Below, piece by piece: positions 8,194-18,609 of a DNA stretch of 64,000 bases (positions are counted from its first letter, which is position 1; the number at the start of each line of letters is the position of its first letter). The stretch comes from Opitutales bacterium (GTDB taxonomy: Bacteria; Verrucomicrobiota; Verrucomicrobiia; Opitutales; PNEW01). Location of the stretch: assembly GCA_965197745.1 (NCBI GenBank), contig CBDANS010000007.1, forward strand, positions 160,001 to 224,000, written 5' to 3'. A program made the translations under genes and the position numbers. The notes beneath the pieces were generated by a model. That model saw nothing but the letters and a program-made list of their open reading frames with translations, was not told the origin of the DNA and did not search any database.

Positions 8194-8550
8194 ATTAATA
8201 TTAGTATTATAATAAAACGCATCTATGAGAAACCAGAGAAAAAAGATGGTTTCAGGATTCTTGTTGATCGCCTGTGGCCACGCGGTTTAAAAAAGGAGAA
8301 AATACAAATTGATCTCTGGCTTAAAGAGATTGCGCCATCAAATGAGCTTAGACAATGGTTTCGTCATGAAACGGATAAGTGGGATTCGTTTAAAATCCGT
8401 TATTTTGAAGAGTTAAAAAGCAATCCTAAAGCGGTCGAAATTCTGTTAAAAAAAGTTGAGCAAGGGCCCGTTACCTTTCTCTTTTCATCAAAGGATGATA
8501 AATATAACAATGCAGCTGCATTGAAAGTGTATATTGAGAGACAACTGTAA
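8194..8550 (+). CDS. DUF488 (YeaO-like) protein, absent from ORF track; probable ATT start
   Basis: [29 protein letters not shown]...[17 protein letters not shown]...W..FK.RYFEEL...NNAAALK; TAA 8548-8550. Confidence 0.85.
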   Translation: MNISIIIKRIYEKPEKKDGFRILVDRLWPRGLKKEKIQIDLWLKEIAPSNELRQWFRHETDKWDSFKIRYFEELKSNPKAVEILLKKVEQGPVTFLFSSKDDKYNNAAALKVYIERQL

Positions 8551-8593
8551 GCGAAGATGTCTGAATGCGAGTAGTCATAAACAACCCATCCCG

Positions 8594-8718
8594 GCCCTGA
8601 AGGGGTGACACAACATATCTTCCGACGGTAATTGTGTCGCCCCGCTGGGGCTAGGTTTTATTTCTATACCCACACAGCTGGCGCTGTGGGCTATGTTTGT
8701 CACACCCCTGCGGGGTGT
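8594..8718. repeat. Composite palindromic intergenic element (REP/MITE-like)
   Basis: GCCCTGAAGGGGTGACACA / TGTGTCGCCCCGCTGGGGC inverted pair, then hairpins CCCACACAGCTGGCGCTGTGGG and ACACCCCTGCGGGGTGT. Confidence 0.6.
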
Positions 8719-8857
8719 TAGGCTTGGGCCATTAAATCTTATTTATCGGCATCAGTCCTGCAGCAGCGCTTTCCACATTGTAAATTTAGCATATAGATGG
8801 AGTCTATAAAACAAAACAGCATTCGAGGTCGAAAAACGAGAAGAGTCTATTTAACAC

Positions 8858-9553
8858 CTATTCGATATAAGAGGGGGTGTAGGGATCACCGAGAAAGATG
8901 AGGCGTTCTTTCATTTCGTTTAAGGCTGAACGGACTGAAGAGAAGGAGTTGGAGAGGGCTGCGTAAATGCGGTCAAGGTGATAAGTCTGGGCAAGATTAT
9001 GACTACTCGCAGCCTGAAATTGAGCGCTGCCAATAGACTCATAGTAATTCAGATTAGGGGCCGCTTTCATTTTAGCCCGATATTCAATGTGGTCGGGAAA
9101 GACCCCCGTGAGGATGAGCGCGGTATTCCCCAAGCTGGTGACAAGATAAAAGCGTGTATGAAAATCCGCACATTCGATTTCGCCCAGGACGTCGACAGCG
9201 TAAAAGAATGCTTCGCGGGCATTATGATTTGCGCCTGGGAGTTGGCGTGTAAATTGGGTCAAGACACTAGCGACGTAGTCGGCAAGCTCACCGTCTTCCA
9301 GACCAACCTCCTTGAAAACATGGCGCACCAGGATATAAAAATATAATTGGAGGGAAATTCGCAGGTGGTCCGGTGATTCAATAATAGCATTAAAGAGTGC
9401 GCGATCATCAAGGATCAGGTCTCTTGTATTTTCATCGGCTAGTAGTGAAATTAATGCCTGCTCATCTCGAAAATCCACTCTTAACACCGCCGCTATAAAA
9501 TCCATGTCAGCACGCGTCAGTTTTGATCGGCAATACGGCTGTATTACTTTCAT
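8858..9553 (-). CDS. Hypothetical protein
   Basis: 231-aa ORF with protein-like composition; no function recognised. Confidence 0.75.
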   Translation of the reverse strand: MKVIQPYCRSKLTRADMDFIAAVLRVDFRDEQALISLLADENTRDLILDDRALFNAIIESPDHLRISLQLYFYILVRHVFKEVGLEDGELADYVASVLTQFTRQLPGANHNAREAFFYAVDVLGEIECADFHTRFYLVTSLGNTALILTGVFPDHIEYRAKMKAAPNLNYYESIGSAQFQAASSHNLAQTYHLDRIYAALSNSFSSVRSALNEMKERLIFLGDPYTPSYIE

Positions 9554-9761
9554 AATAGATAAAGTATAAAGATTTACACTATTAGTGGCAAGGAGTATTT
9601 GTCGTCTTAATAGACGTTATGTAGATTAGCATATAATTAACACCGCTATAATTTTCTAAAAATTAATTGTATTTTTAACGGTTAGAGAATAACTCACAGG
9701 TGAGGAGAAAAAATCAGATAAACAAGCTGAAACATTTATCCTGAAAAAATACAAAGACGTT

Positions 9762-11213
9762 ATGAACACTCAAAAAACAACGCCACGAACACTTAAATTT
9801 ATGGGATTGGTTTTCGCGATCGCAGGGATCGCCAGCTTAATTAAAGCACTCTTGGAATTCCAGCACGGTCAGCGGGAAGAGATTATACTGATGTTCTGTA
9901 TCGGGATCCTCTTCACCTCACTGGGGACAGGTTTTATGGTGGGAGGAAAGATTGCGAAAAATAAATTCGAGGAACGAGCACGACTGGAGGCAGAACACCC
10001 CAACGCACCCTGGAATTGGAAGAAGGAGTGGTTCAATGGACGCATCTACGGTGACAGTAAACAAAAAATGCTGATCATCTGGGCATTCGCGCTTGGTTGG
10101 AATGGATTTACCGTTCCCCTGGCCTTTATTATGGTCCCCCGCTATCTCGCCCAGGGCAACAAGCTGATCTTATTGATTTTAATTTTTCCCTTGATTGGAA
10201 TCTTTATTCTCTGGAGCGCAATCACGGCTTTACTGCGCTGGAAGCGATATGGACGATCATATTTTGAGATGGCTGCGGTTCCCGGGGTAGTCGGAGGTGA
10301 TCTTGGAGGAATGGTCAATACCAGTGTAAACATTCGGCCTGATGATGGATTTCAGCTTCAACTAAAATGCGTTCATCGCTATATCACGGGAAGTTCTAAC
10401 AACCGGCGAACAGAAGAAAAAACACTGTGGGAGCAATCTCAAGTGATGTCACATGAAGTCCTTGAAGATGATAGCAGCCGATCGGCAATACCCGTGCTTT
10501 TTTCTATTCCCTATGATTGTAAACCGACGGATGAAAGTGATACGAATGATAAAATAATCTGGCGGTTGAAGATTGAAGCGAAATTACCTGGTGTCGATTA
10601 CATGACTCAGTTTGAAGTTCCGGTGTTTCGCACTGAAGCAAGCCGTAAAGATGATGATAGGGCAGGAGAAATACCGGACCCCCTATCTGATTTTAGAGAG
10701 AAAGAGGATCCGCAAAAACGGCTGGAAGAAGTCGGGGTAAAGGTATTGAAGAATTTTAGCGGCGGAACGGTATTTAATTTTCGTTCAGGACGAAATATCG
10801 GGGCATCGGCTGGAATAACGTTTATTTTTTTTATTTGTGTGACAGCGTTATGGGCTACAATTGTTTATAACGCGCATTGGTTTGCTATTCTAATCGCGGG
10901 ATTTTTTACATTGATTCTTGGGTTGGCTTTTCTCTCATCATGGTTTACTACGGGCAAAGTCACTGTTTACGCGGATCATGTGGAGTTAATTTCTAAATTT
11001 TGCGGCCTGGGCTCCACGGTGAACATACTCACTGCTGAATTGGATTCAATCGAATTGACCGCAGGAATGACCTCGGGGGAAAAAGTTTTCTACGATCTTA
11101 TATTTCATCGTAAAGATGGGTATAAGAAAGTGGTCAGTGCACATATTGATGGACTGGTTGCAGCTGAAGCGCTGAGAAAAGCGATTGAAGGGGAGCTGAC
11201 AAAGAGCAGTTAA
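9762..11213 (+). CDS. Multi-pass membrane protein of unknown function
   Basis: Three hydrophobic helix pairs separated by soluble domains. Confidence 0.75.
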   Translation: MNTQKTTPRTLKFMGLVFAIAGIASLIKALLEFQHGQREEIILMFCIGILFTSLGTGFMVGGKIAKNKFEERARLEAEHPNAPWNWKKEWFNGRIYGDSKQKMLIIWAFALGWNGFTVPLAFIMVPRYLAQGNKLILLILIFPLIGIFILWSAITALLRWKRYGRSYFEMAAVPGVVGGDLGGMVNTSVNIRPDDGFQLQLKCVHRYITGSSNNRRTEEKTLWEQSQVMSHEVLEDDSSRSAIPVLFSIPYDCKPTDESDTNDKIIWRLKIEAKLPGVDYMTQFEVPVFRTEASRKDDDRAGEIPDPLSDFREKEDPQKRLEEVGVKVLKNFSGGTVFNFRSGRNIGASAGITFIFFICVTALWATIVYNAHWFAILIAGFFTLILGLAFLSSWFTTGKVTVYADHVELISKFCGLGSTVNILTAELDSIELTAGMTSGEKVFYDLIFHRKDGYKKVVSAHIDGLVAAEALRKAIEGELTKSS

Positions 11214-11271
11214 TTTCGGTCAGCGCATAGGAAAAGCGCACGCTGTTTATGGATATAAAGAAGAGTGAAAA

Positions 11272-11715
11272 TTAAAGATTCAACACCACCCATTCTTCCT
11301 CCACAGAAACCTTAAAAGATTCTACCGATGGGTCTTCCTCCTCAGCGGGGTTATCTTGAGAATCACCATTTATTTTCGTGCTTAAGGATTCCTGGGTCAC
11401 TTCGTAGGTTTTAACTTTCAGGCGGTGGGGATTAAAAAATGATTTGCCCGTAGTAATGTTAAATTCCCATCCATGCCAGGGACAGCGGAGGATACAACCA
11501 TCGTGACCGTAAAGAAATTGACCCGGACTTGAAGATAGGGTGGTCCCTCCAACCGTTCCTTGACAAAGGGGAGCTCCTTTATGGGGACAGCGGTTGAGCA
11601 GGGCATAAAACGAATTCTCAACATTAAACACACCAATTGAACGGCCGTTAATTTCCACTATTCGACGCGAACCGGTTGGCAGTTCATTCACTTTACACAC
11701 CCAAAATTTAGGCAT
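11272..11715 (-). CDS. Rieske [2Fe-2S] protein
   Basis: CPHKG...CPWHGWEF; ATG at 11715 just after the amidohydrolase stop. Confidence 0.9.
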   Translation of the reverse strand: MPKFWVCKVNELPTGSRRIVEINGRSIGVFNVENSFYALLNRCPHKGAPLCQGTVGGTTLSSSPGQFLYGHDGCILRCPWHGWEFNITTGKSFFNPHRLKVKTYEVTQESLSTKINGDSQDNPAEEEDPSVESFKVSVEEEWVVLNL

Positions 11716-11722
11716 ATTATTT

Positions 11723-12838
11723 TTATTGGTGTGTTGATGAAGATGCGTCCAGTCCATAGAGTTCCTGGGCATTCTGATAATAGATGCGTTTGGCCAGCTT
11801 TTCGGGTAGTGGGGGCAATGCTTTAGTGGGTGAATCAAAATCCCAATGGGGGTAATCGCTGGAAAACATGACCGTTTTCTCAGCCTGAATCATTTCCAGG
11901 ATTTGCAGTAGATGCTCCGGATTATCCGGTTCATCAACCGGCTGGGTAGTGAAACGGAGGTGTTCAACAAGATATTCGCTGGGGAGTCTTTTAAGCCAGG
12001 GGGTTTGTGAACGCAGCGATTTCCAGTTCTTATCGAGCCGCCACATAAGGTGCGGCACCCACGACAGTCCTCCTTCAACGCAGACAAAGCGAAGCGTAGG
12101 ATATTGCTCAAAAACACCTTCACAAATAAGGCTGGTTACTTGACCCATATAATTTTGCGGTATGCCAGTATGCCACTCCATATAAGTGGACGGACTGCCG
12201 GCCGAGTAACTATTAGCGATACCTTTGCCCTCTGCGCCGGGATGGATAGCTACCGGGAGATTCATTTCGCATGCAGCCTCATAAATAGGCCAATATTGCG
12301 GTCTTCCGAGAGGGGTAAGCGTTGCTGAGGCCATCAGCACTTGAACTAACTTTTGATGTGATCCCAGTCGTTTTATTTCATCAGCCGCGGATTGAGCGTC
12401 TTGGGGGGCAATCACTATGGCTCCCAGAAAGCGAGGATCTTCGGGTAACCACGCTTCAACTAACCAATCGTTATATGCGCTGGCTAAAGAAGTAGCATAG
12501 TAGGTGTCAGGAGAGACGCAGACAGATAGTATATTTCCACCGAGCAAAATGGCATAATCTATGGCGTAAGCATCGAGTAGCTGTTCGCGCATGGTGAGAG
12601 GACAGGAACCGGGGAGTCCCCCCGAAGCGGGAGCGGCATCACGACGAAGGACACCGTGCGGATTGACCAACCCTAAATTATCGGGAAGGGTAATCCCGCG
12701 TTCATGAAGCGCCCTGGGGAGATACTTAATAATATCCTGGGGTGAATTCCAGTATTGGTGCACATCACAATCGATTAAGCTCAATGAGGAACCGGACTTT
12801 GAGCGGGGTGATGAACTTTCAGAGGGCGCAGTTTTCAC
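11723..12838 (-). CDS. Amidohydrolase family protein (Amidohydro_2)
   Basis: IDCDVH, AYNDWL, AIHP, VEGG..W, FSSDYPHWDFD. Confidence 0.9.
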   Translation of the reverse strand: MKTAPSESSSPRSKSGSSLSLIDCDVHQYWNSPQDIIKYLPRALHERGITLPDNLGLVNPHGVLRRDAAPASGGLPGSCPLTMREQLLDAYAIDYAILLGGNILSVCVSPDTYYATSLASAYNDWLVEAWLPEDPRFLGAIVIAPQDAQSAADEIKRLGSHQKLVQVLMASATLTPLGRPQYWPIYEAACEMNLPVAIHPGAEGKGIANSYSAGSPSTYMEWHTGIPQNYMGQVTSLICEGVFEQYPTLRFVCVEGGLSWVPHLMWRLDKNWKSLRSQTPWLKRLPSEYLVEHLRFTTQPVDEPDNPEHLLQILEMIQAEKTVMFSSDYPHWDFDSPTKALPPLPEKLAKRIYYQNAQELYGLDASSSTHQ

Positions 12839-13007
12839 GGCAATTAAATAGAGCAGCTAAAATAGGACCGTAGAAATAAATGACACCTTAGATTTAATCA
12901 AACTTTTAGATAATAGTGTTAACAGGGATTTAGATAGGCTTTACAATTAAAGATAACCTGACAGTCTGTGATTTTCGAATTTTACAAATCACAATCCGGA
13001 GTAATAT

Positions 13008-13946
13008 ATGTCTAATCGTGTAGTTTATTTAAATGGTAATTACGTTCCTGAAGTTGATGCGCGGATATCTATTTTTGACTGCGCCCTGATGTATGGAGAT
13101 ATGTTGTTTGAAATGACCCGCGCCTTCAATCAGAAACCCTTTCGGTTGCGCGAGCATCTTGAGCGTCTCTATGGTTCTCTTCGTTATGCTGAGATCGATT
13201 GTGGTCTGACCATTGATGAAATGGAAGAGGCGACGCTGCAGACTATAGAAAAAAATCTGCCCGCGTTAGAGGGATTAGATTTTCAGATTATGCATGACGT
13301 TACCCGGGGTGGGATGTCCTTTTATGAAGCTATAGTCAAAGAGGGAACATCGCCTATTGTGAGTATTAATGTCTTTCCACTTATTCGACATCAGGGGCAG
13401 ATGGCGGCAAAATATGAAAAAGGGGCCCATGCAATTGTCCCTGCGCAACAATCCGTGCCTTCACGGTATATTGATCCGAAATGTAAAAATCGCAGCCGAA
13501 TTTTTTATAAATTAGCAGATATTCAAGTTGGTAAGATGGATATAGATGCGATGGCACTGTTGACGGATGAACATGGGTTTATTACCGAAGGGACCGGAAA
13601 CAACTTTTTTATGGCCAAGGATGGGGAGATCTATACTCCCAAACCGCATAATATATTACGGGGCGTATCACGTCATGCCTGCATGGATTATGCCACCGCG
13701 CTCGGGATCCCCGTCCATGAGGCAGATATTGAACCGTATGATCTGCGCGCCGCGGATGAAGCCTGGTATTCCAGTACTACCGTTTGTATTGGCCCTATAA
13801 CAAAATTTGATTTCCACCCCGTTGGCGTGGGTAAACCGGGCCCCATTTTCAAGAAACTGATTCAGGCGTGGTCCGATGATGTAGGCGTGGATATTATTGG
13901 CCAAGCCTGTGAATACGCAAAATTGATGGACAGCTGGAAAGCCTGA
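13008..13946 (+). CDS. PLP fold-IV aminotransferase (IlvE/D-amino-acid transaminase-like)
   Basis: ISIFD..LMYGD..FE, FRLREHLERL, catalytic Lys in DPKCKN, ITEGTGNN, ILRGVSR. Confidence 0.9.
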   Translation: MSNRVVYLNGNYVPEVDARISIFDCALMYGDMLFEMTRAFNQKPFRLREHLERLYGSLRYAEIDCGLTIDEMEEATLQTIEKNLPALEGLDFQIMHDVTRGGMSFYEAIVKEGTSPIVSINVFPLIRHQGQMAAKYEKGAHAIVPAQQSVPSRYIDPKCKNRSRIFYKLADIQVGKMDIDAMALLTDEHGFITEGTGNNFFMAKDGEIYTPKPHNILRGVSRHACMDYATALGIPVHEADIEPYDLRAADEAWYSSTTVCIGPITKFDFHPVGVGKPGPIFKKLIQAWSDDVGVDIIGQACEYAKLMDSWKA

Positions 13947-14176
13947 TGGCGAGGACGGGTTTATAAGAATAAACGGCATCATTGAATAGAGATGCCAGAA
14001 ACCTCATTGATATATTTCGCACTATTGCGTTCTTAATCAGTGGAATAAGAGTAGCGAGGGTTTTCAATTGCCAAAACAAAAATCAATGGGTATTCTATAG
14101 ATACAACCATAAACGTATAAATATACTGCTTCAAGAACTGGCCCAGGCAGTAAGATGCGTTGATGAATACCGATAT

Positions 14177-16186
14177 ATGGATCCCTTAAATAGAATATCT
14201 GCTATTAAACAATTTGTTTCAGGCCTGTTCTCTAAGCTGTCCTCTCGACCGGAGGGGATTGTTATTCTTGTCCTGACAATGCTCACTGCCTGCACTACTA
14301 ATGTAGTAGAATATTCACCGGATATTCCTCACTACGAAACCGCGGAAGAATATTATCATGAGGGGACAAAGTTGGCACAATCCTCCGATTGGGAAGGCGC
14401 ACTCACCCACTATTCAGAAGCACTTCGATTAAAACCAGAATGGGCTGAAATCTATCTTTTACGCGGGGTAACACTCTATAAAAAAATGGACGCAGAAGGG
14501 GCGATCGCGGACTTCACTCAGGCCATTCATTATCTCGAAGAGGAATCTCTACCTGGCAATCAAATATCGACGGACCAGGGTGATGCGTCTAATGAAGAAA
14601 ATGAACTGGTGGATTACGATGGTGCTCCGCCGGGCTCCAGATTGGCCACGGCTTATCATTACCGCGCGCTGGCTAAATCGCTCTTAAACGATTGGGATGG
14701 ATCGATTGAAGATTTCACCGAGGCAATACGTCTTAATCCAGATTTAATAAATGCTTACACAAGTCGTGGCGTATCCAAAGTCCAGAATGGCGATCTTGAG
14801 GGTGCGATTGATGATTTTACAACAACTCTTCATCTAAACCCCCTCGATGTATATACATATATGCGTCGCGGTATGGCCAAAGCCCAAATCGACGATGTGA
14901 CCGGTGCCCTGATAGACTTCACCCGAGTTATTCATTTAAATCCAGAAAATGTCACTGCTTATATTAAACGTGGTAACATTAAATCTGAGTTAGGGAATCT
15001 TGATGGAGCGGTTGCCGATTATACTGCGGCACTCATACGCGATCCCAGCAGAACTAACGCCTTGTTGAAACGCGGCTTTGTCTTAGTAAGAATGGATAAA
15101 TTTGAAGCGGCCTCTGACGATTATGATCTGGTCATTGGGCTTACACCTGAAAACGCTATCGCCTATGTGGGGCGCGGATTCACCCGGGTGAATACGGGTG
15201 ATCTGGAAGGCGCGTTGAAAGATTTTTCAAAAGCCATTGAATATGATCCCGATATTCTGCTGGCCTATTTCTACCGTGGCGGGGTTTACCGGCAATTGAA
15301 TCAATTGGATAGAGCTATAGCTGACTATACTGAAGTCATTAAACTGGATCCCGGGCACGCGGGAGCCTGGCAGGCTCGAGGACTGACCCTTTCTTTGAAA
15401 GGGAATTTCTCGGATGCCATTGTCGATTTCGACCGAAGTTTAAAACTCGATCCTGACAGTCCAGACTCCTGGTTTTTGCGTGCCCAGACCAAGTCCAAGC
15501 AAGGTGAACTTGAGAGCGCCCTCATTGATTACAATGAAGCAGCTAAACGTGATCCCACGAGTGTAAACATATACATAAACCGGGGTTCGATAAAAGCCGA
15601 ATTGGGTGATGCGCCAGGCGCCATTGCCGATTTTTCATTCGCTATTAAGCAAGAGCCCGAATTATCGCTTGCTCACTTGGATCGTGGTTTCTATTTTTAT
15701 GTGGTCGGTGACGACAGCGGAGCGATTGAAGATTTGCGAAGGGCGCTTGAACTGGTTTCCCGCCATGAATCGAGAGATTACCAGGATTCAATGGATTATC
15801 TCACTTTGTGGGAGTGGTTGGCGCGGCAACGTCAAGGGCAGCATGAAATTGCCAATGAACGGGTGAAATCACACCTCAACTCCCGATCTCAGGAGTTCTC
15901 CGGAGATTGGTATGAAAGTCTCGCAAGATTTCTCCTCGATGAAATAAGTGAAGGAAAATTAATCAATACCGCGGAAGCACACAAAGATCCGAAAAAGAGA
16001 ATTGGTCAACGCTGTGAGGCTTACTTTTATGCGGCAAACAAGTGTCTCTTGAGTGGCGATGTGGAAAAAGCAATTATCCTCCTGAAAAAATGTATAGCTA
16101 CCGGTTATCGAGAGTATTATGAATTTAAGGGAGCCAAAATCCAGCTTCAAGCGCTCAATGTTGAAGATACGTCGCAAACCCTGTAG
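14177..16186 (+). CDS. TPR-repeat (lipo)protein with NlpI-like C-terminus
   Basis: Lipobox-like LTAC, many 'AY..RG......GD...AI.DF..AI.L.P' repeats, C-terminal CEAYFY...YYEF. Confidence 0.85.
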   Translation: MDPLNRISAIKQFVSGLFSKLSSRPEGIVILVLTMLTACTTNVVEYSPDIPHYETAEEYYHEGTKLAQSSDWEGALTHYSEALRLKPEWAEIYLLRGVTLYKKMDAEGAIADFTQAIHYLEEESLPGNQISTDQGDASNEENELVDYDGAPPGSRLATAYHYRALAKSLLNDWDGSIEDFTEAIRLNPDLINAYTSRGVSKVQNGDLEGAIDDFTTTLHLNPLDVYTYMRRGMAKAQIDDVTGALIDFTRVIHLNPENVTAYIKRGNIKSELGNLDGAVADYTAALIRDPSRTNALLKRGFVLVRMDKFEAASDDYDLVIGLTPENAIAYVGRGFTRVNTGDLEGALKDFSKAIEYDPDILLAYFYRGGVYRQLNQLDRAIADYTEVIKLDPGHAGAWQARGLTLSLKGNFSDAIVDFDRSLKLDPDSPDSWFLRAQTKSKQGELESALIDYNEAAKRDPTSVNIYINRGSIKAELGDAPGAIADFSFAIKQEPELSLAHLDRGFYFYVVGDDSGAIEDLRRALELVSRHESRDYQDSMDYLTLWEWLARQRQGQHEIANERVKSHLNSRSQEFSGDWYESLARFLLDEISEGKLINTAEAHKDPKKRIGQRCEAYFYAANKCLLSGDVEKAIILLKKCIATGYREYYEFKGAKIQLQALNVEDTSQTL

Positions 16187-16334
16187 GGGGTAAAATAAGA
16201 GAGGATTCCTGAGTGGAAGATACTCGCGAGATTTCTGATTGATGATTCGATTCAATTGCGGTATGGCACTGAGAGATTAATATAAAACCCTGTTAATCAG
16301 CTACTGAAGTCGTGGCACTGTTACAGGAATCATT

Positions 16335-17522
16335 ATGAAGCAAAGTGCAGATGTTATTATTATTGGCGGTGGTGTTACGGGATTAAGCACGGCAATTCAT
16401 CTTAAGGAACTCGGTATTAAAGAAGTTGTCGTTCTGGAAAGACACTTTATCGGATCGGGTCAATCAGGGCGCGCCGCAGGTGTCATACGGGGGACGGTTC
16501 GCCATCCCACGGTTTCCGACACACAACTCGAAGGGCAAGCATTCTTTAACTCCTTTGAAGAGCGCTTTGGAATTCCCATTGAAGTTAATCAAACCGGGTA
16601 TATTCTGATAGGTAAAGCCAGCGATCGGGAATTTATTAAAGGCACGATCGCGGTTGCGAGTGCCGCGGGATGTGATTTGAAACAGATAGATGCTAAGGAA
16701 GCAGAAGCGCTTCAACCCGGATTGGGCACGACCAACGATGACATTTTTGTCTTTGAGCCTGGCGGATTACATGTGGATCCGATGCCGGCAACACATGCTT
16801 TGTCCCGTGCCGCCATAAAATTGGGTGTGAGGATTGTTGAAGGATGTGCGGTTGGGGATTTACGAGTAAAAAAAGATAAAGTAACAGGGGTTAAAAGTGC
16901 ATCTGGAGATTTTGATGCCCCTAAAATTCTTATTGCCACTTCGGTATGGGGGCAACCGCAACTTGCCAGGCTGGGGATAGATGTCCCCGTGCGCCCCCAT
17001 ATCGCGGAAATGGGTTTTTTCCAGGTTGGACATGGTTCTAAAGACCGGCTCCGCCTCATAATCTTCGATTCGAGAGCAAATATATACATGCGTCCGGAAG
17101 GTGAGCGCCAAATATTTGTCGGTCGGAGAGAGGACGCTTATGAGCAGGAAAACGGAAATCCGATCGACCCTGACAATTATAAACAAACGGCCAATTTTCA
17201 TTCTCTTGACGAAATGCACAAGAATCTTCAGATCACGCTTCCTTTCATGAATGACGGGTTTGCGCACCGAACCTATGCCTGTACTTATGATATTACATCC
17301 GATCATATGCCAATACTTGATAAGGCTGAGGATATTATCGGCCTCTATTTTGCGGTCGGTTTTAGTGGAGGCGGATTTTCCACTTCTCCCTGGGTGGGAA
17401 AACGTATGGCTGCGCTCATTGCCAATGACGCCCTCCCTTCTGATTTAGAAGTGTTTAAATCCGGACGCTTTGCGGAGGGAAAAATTATTGAGTGGGCCAA
17501 TACTCCGAAAGTTGAAAAATAA
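16335..17522 (+). CDS. FAD-dependent amine/amino-acid oxidoreductase (DAO, sarcosine oxidase beta-like)
   Basis: DVIIIGGGVTG, GQSGRAAG, YDITSDHMPIL, GFSGGGF. Confidence 0.9.
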   Translation: MKQSADVIIIGGGVTGLSTAIHLKELGIKEVVVLERHFIGSGQSGRAAGVIRGTVRHPTVSDTQLEGQAFFNSFEERFGIPIEVNQTGYILIGKASDREFIKGTIAVASAAGCDLKQIDAKEAEALQPGLGTTNDDIFVFEPGGLHVDPMPATHALSRAAIKLGVRIVEGCAVGDLRVKKDKVTGVKSASGDFDAPKILIATSVWGQPQLARLGIDVPVRPHIAEMGFFQVGHGSKDRLRLIIFDSRANIYMRPEGERQIFVGRREDAYEQENGNPIDPDNYKQTANFHSLDEMHKNLQITLPFMNDGFAHRTYACTYDITSDHMPILDKAEDIIGLYFAVGFSGGGFSTSPWVGKRMAALIANDALPSDLEVFKSGRFAEGKIIEWANTPKVEK

Positions 17523-17530
17523 GTCAGGCG

Positions 17531-18403
17531 GTGAATAGACAGGAAAAAGTAATTACCCCTTCAGAAATAGACATCGCTACCTATTGGGATCGCGGCTATT
17601 GGATTAGCCCTAAGCTTATCAGCGACGAACATATTATCACCCTGCGAAAAGCAGTTATCCGCATTATTGAAGGTGATTTTGATGGTGATGGCTTTTACTA
17701 TTTAGGTGCTTGGGAAAAACCGGATGATGAGACGGCGATCCGCAAAATTCAAAATGGCTGGTGGGTTAATGATGAAGTGATGAAGATCGTATCTTCTCCT
17801 GTTATCGGCCGCATAGCAGCGAAATTGATGAAAAGTGATGAAGCGCGGCTCTGGCATGATCAGGTAATATTAAAACCGGGATCAGGCAGTGATGCCACCG
17901 ATGCGGGCAATGTTGGCTGGCATCAGGACTATGCTTACTGGCAGTGCACAAACACCGATAATCTTATCAGCGTATGGATCGCCCTACAAGATACGGATTT
18001 AAATAATGGGGCAATGCGCACGCTGGCCTGCTCTCACAAACAGGGAGTAATCGAAAATAGTAACACTTTTACGGAAAAAAATCTCGATTCATTGCGTGAT
18101 CGTTTCGAAGAGAAATTTAACATGCCATGGATTGATGAGCCATGTATTCTCAAGGCGGGCCAGGCAAGCTTTCATCACGCATTGTGTTTTCATGGTTCGG
18201 GTAAAAATTTAACCGATCTACCCCGCCTTTCCGTTGTTGGTCATTATATGCCGCATGGGTGTGCTTACAAGCCACATGGGCAATGGCACAGCAACATCCA
18301 ATTTCTCGGATCTCGGCCTTACGCAGGACAACTATTTGACAACGAATATTTCCCGCTCGCTTATTCCGAAGCCCTAGAAATTTCTAACAGCAACAGCAAT
18401 TAA
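17531..18403 (+). CDS. Fe(II)/2-oxoglutarate dioxygenase, PhyH family
   Basis: WHQDYAYW, VWIAL, HGSGKN...R. Confidence 0.92.
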   Translation: MNRQEKVITPSEIDIATYWDRGYWISPKLISDEHIITLRKAVIRIIEGDFDGDGFYYLGAWEKPDDETAIRKIQNGWWVNDEVMKIVSSPVIGRIAAKLMKSDEARLWHDQVILKPGSGSDATDAGNVGWHQDYAYWQCTNTDNLISVWIALQDTDLNNGAMRTLACSHKQGVIENSNTFTEKNLDSLRDRFEEKFNMPWIDEPCILKAGQASFHHALCFHGSGKNLTDLPRLSVVGHYMPHGCAYKPHGQWHSNIQFLGSRPYAGQLFDNEYFPLAYSEALEISNSNSN

Positions 18404-18609
18404 AATATAAATTTCTCTATCGAGAGAATTAGAGTAATTATATTATCCTTTATCTATAGTATACTCTGATATCATATAAGCGAAGAAATCGAATGCCCCG
18501 GATCTTTACCACTGATTACTTTAAATGTTTTTATTTTTCAATGAGCTTACTCGTATTGAAAATGGGTAACCTGCTCATCCCCATAAGAAATAACAAGAAA
18601 TAAAATCCC

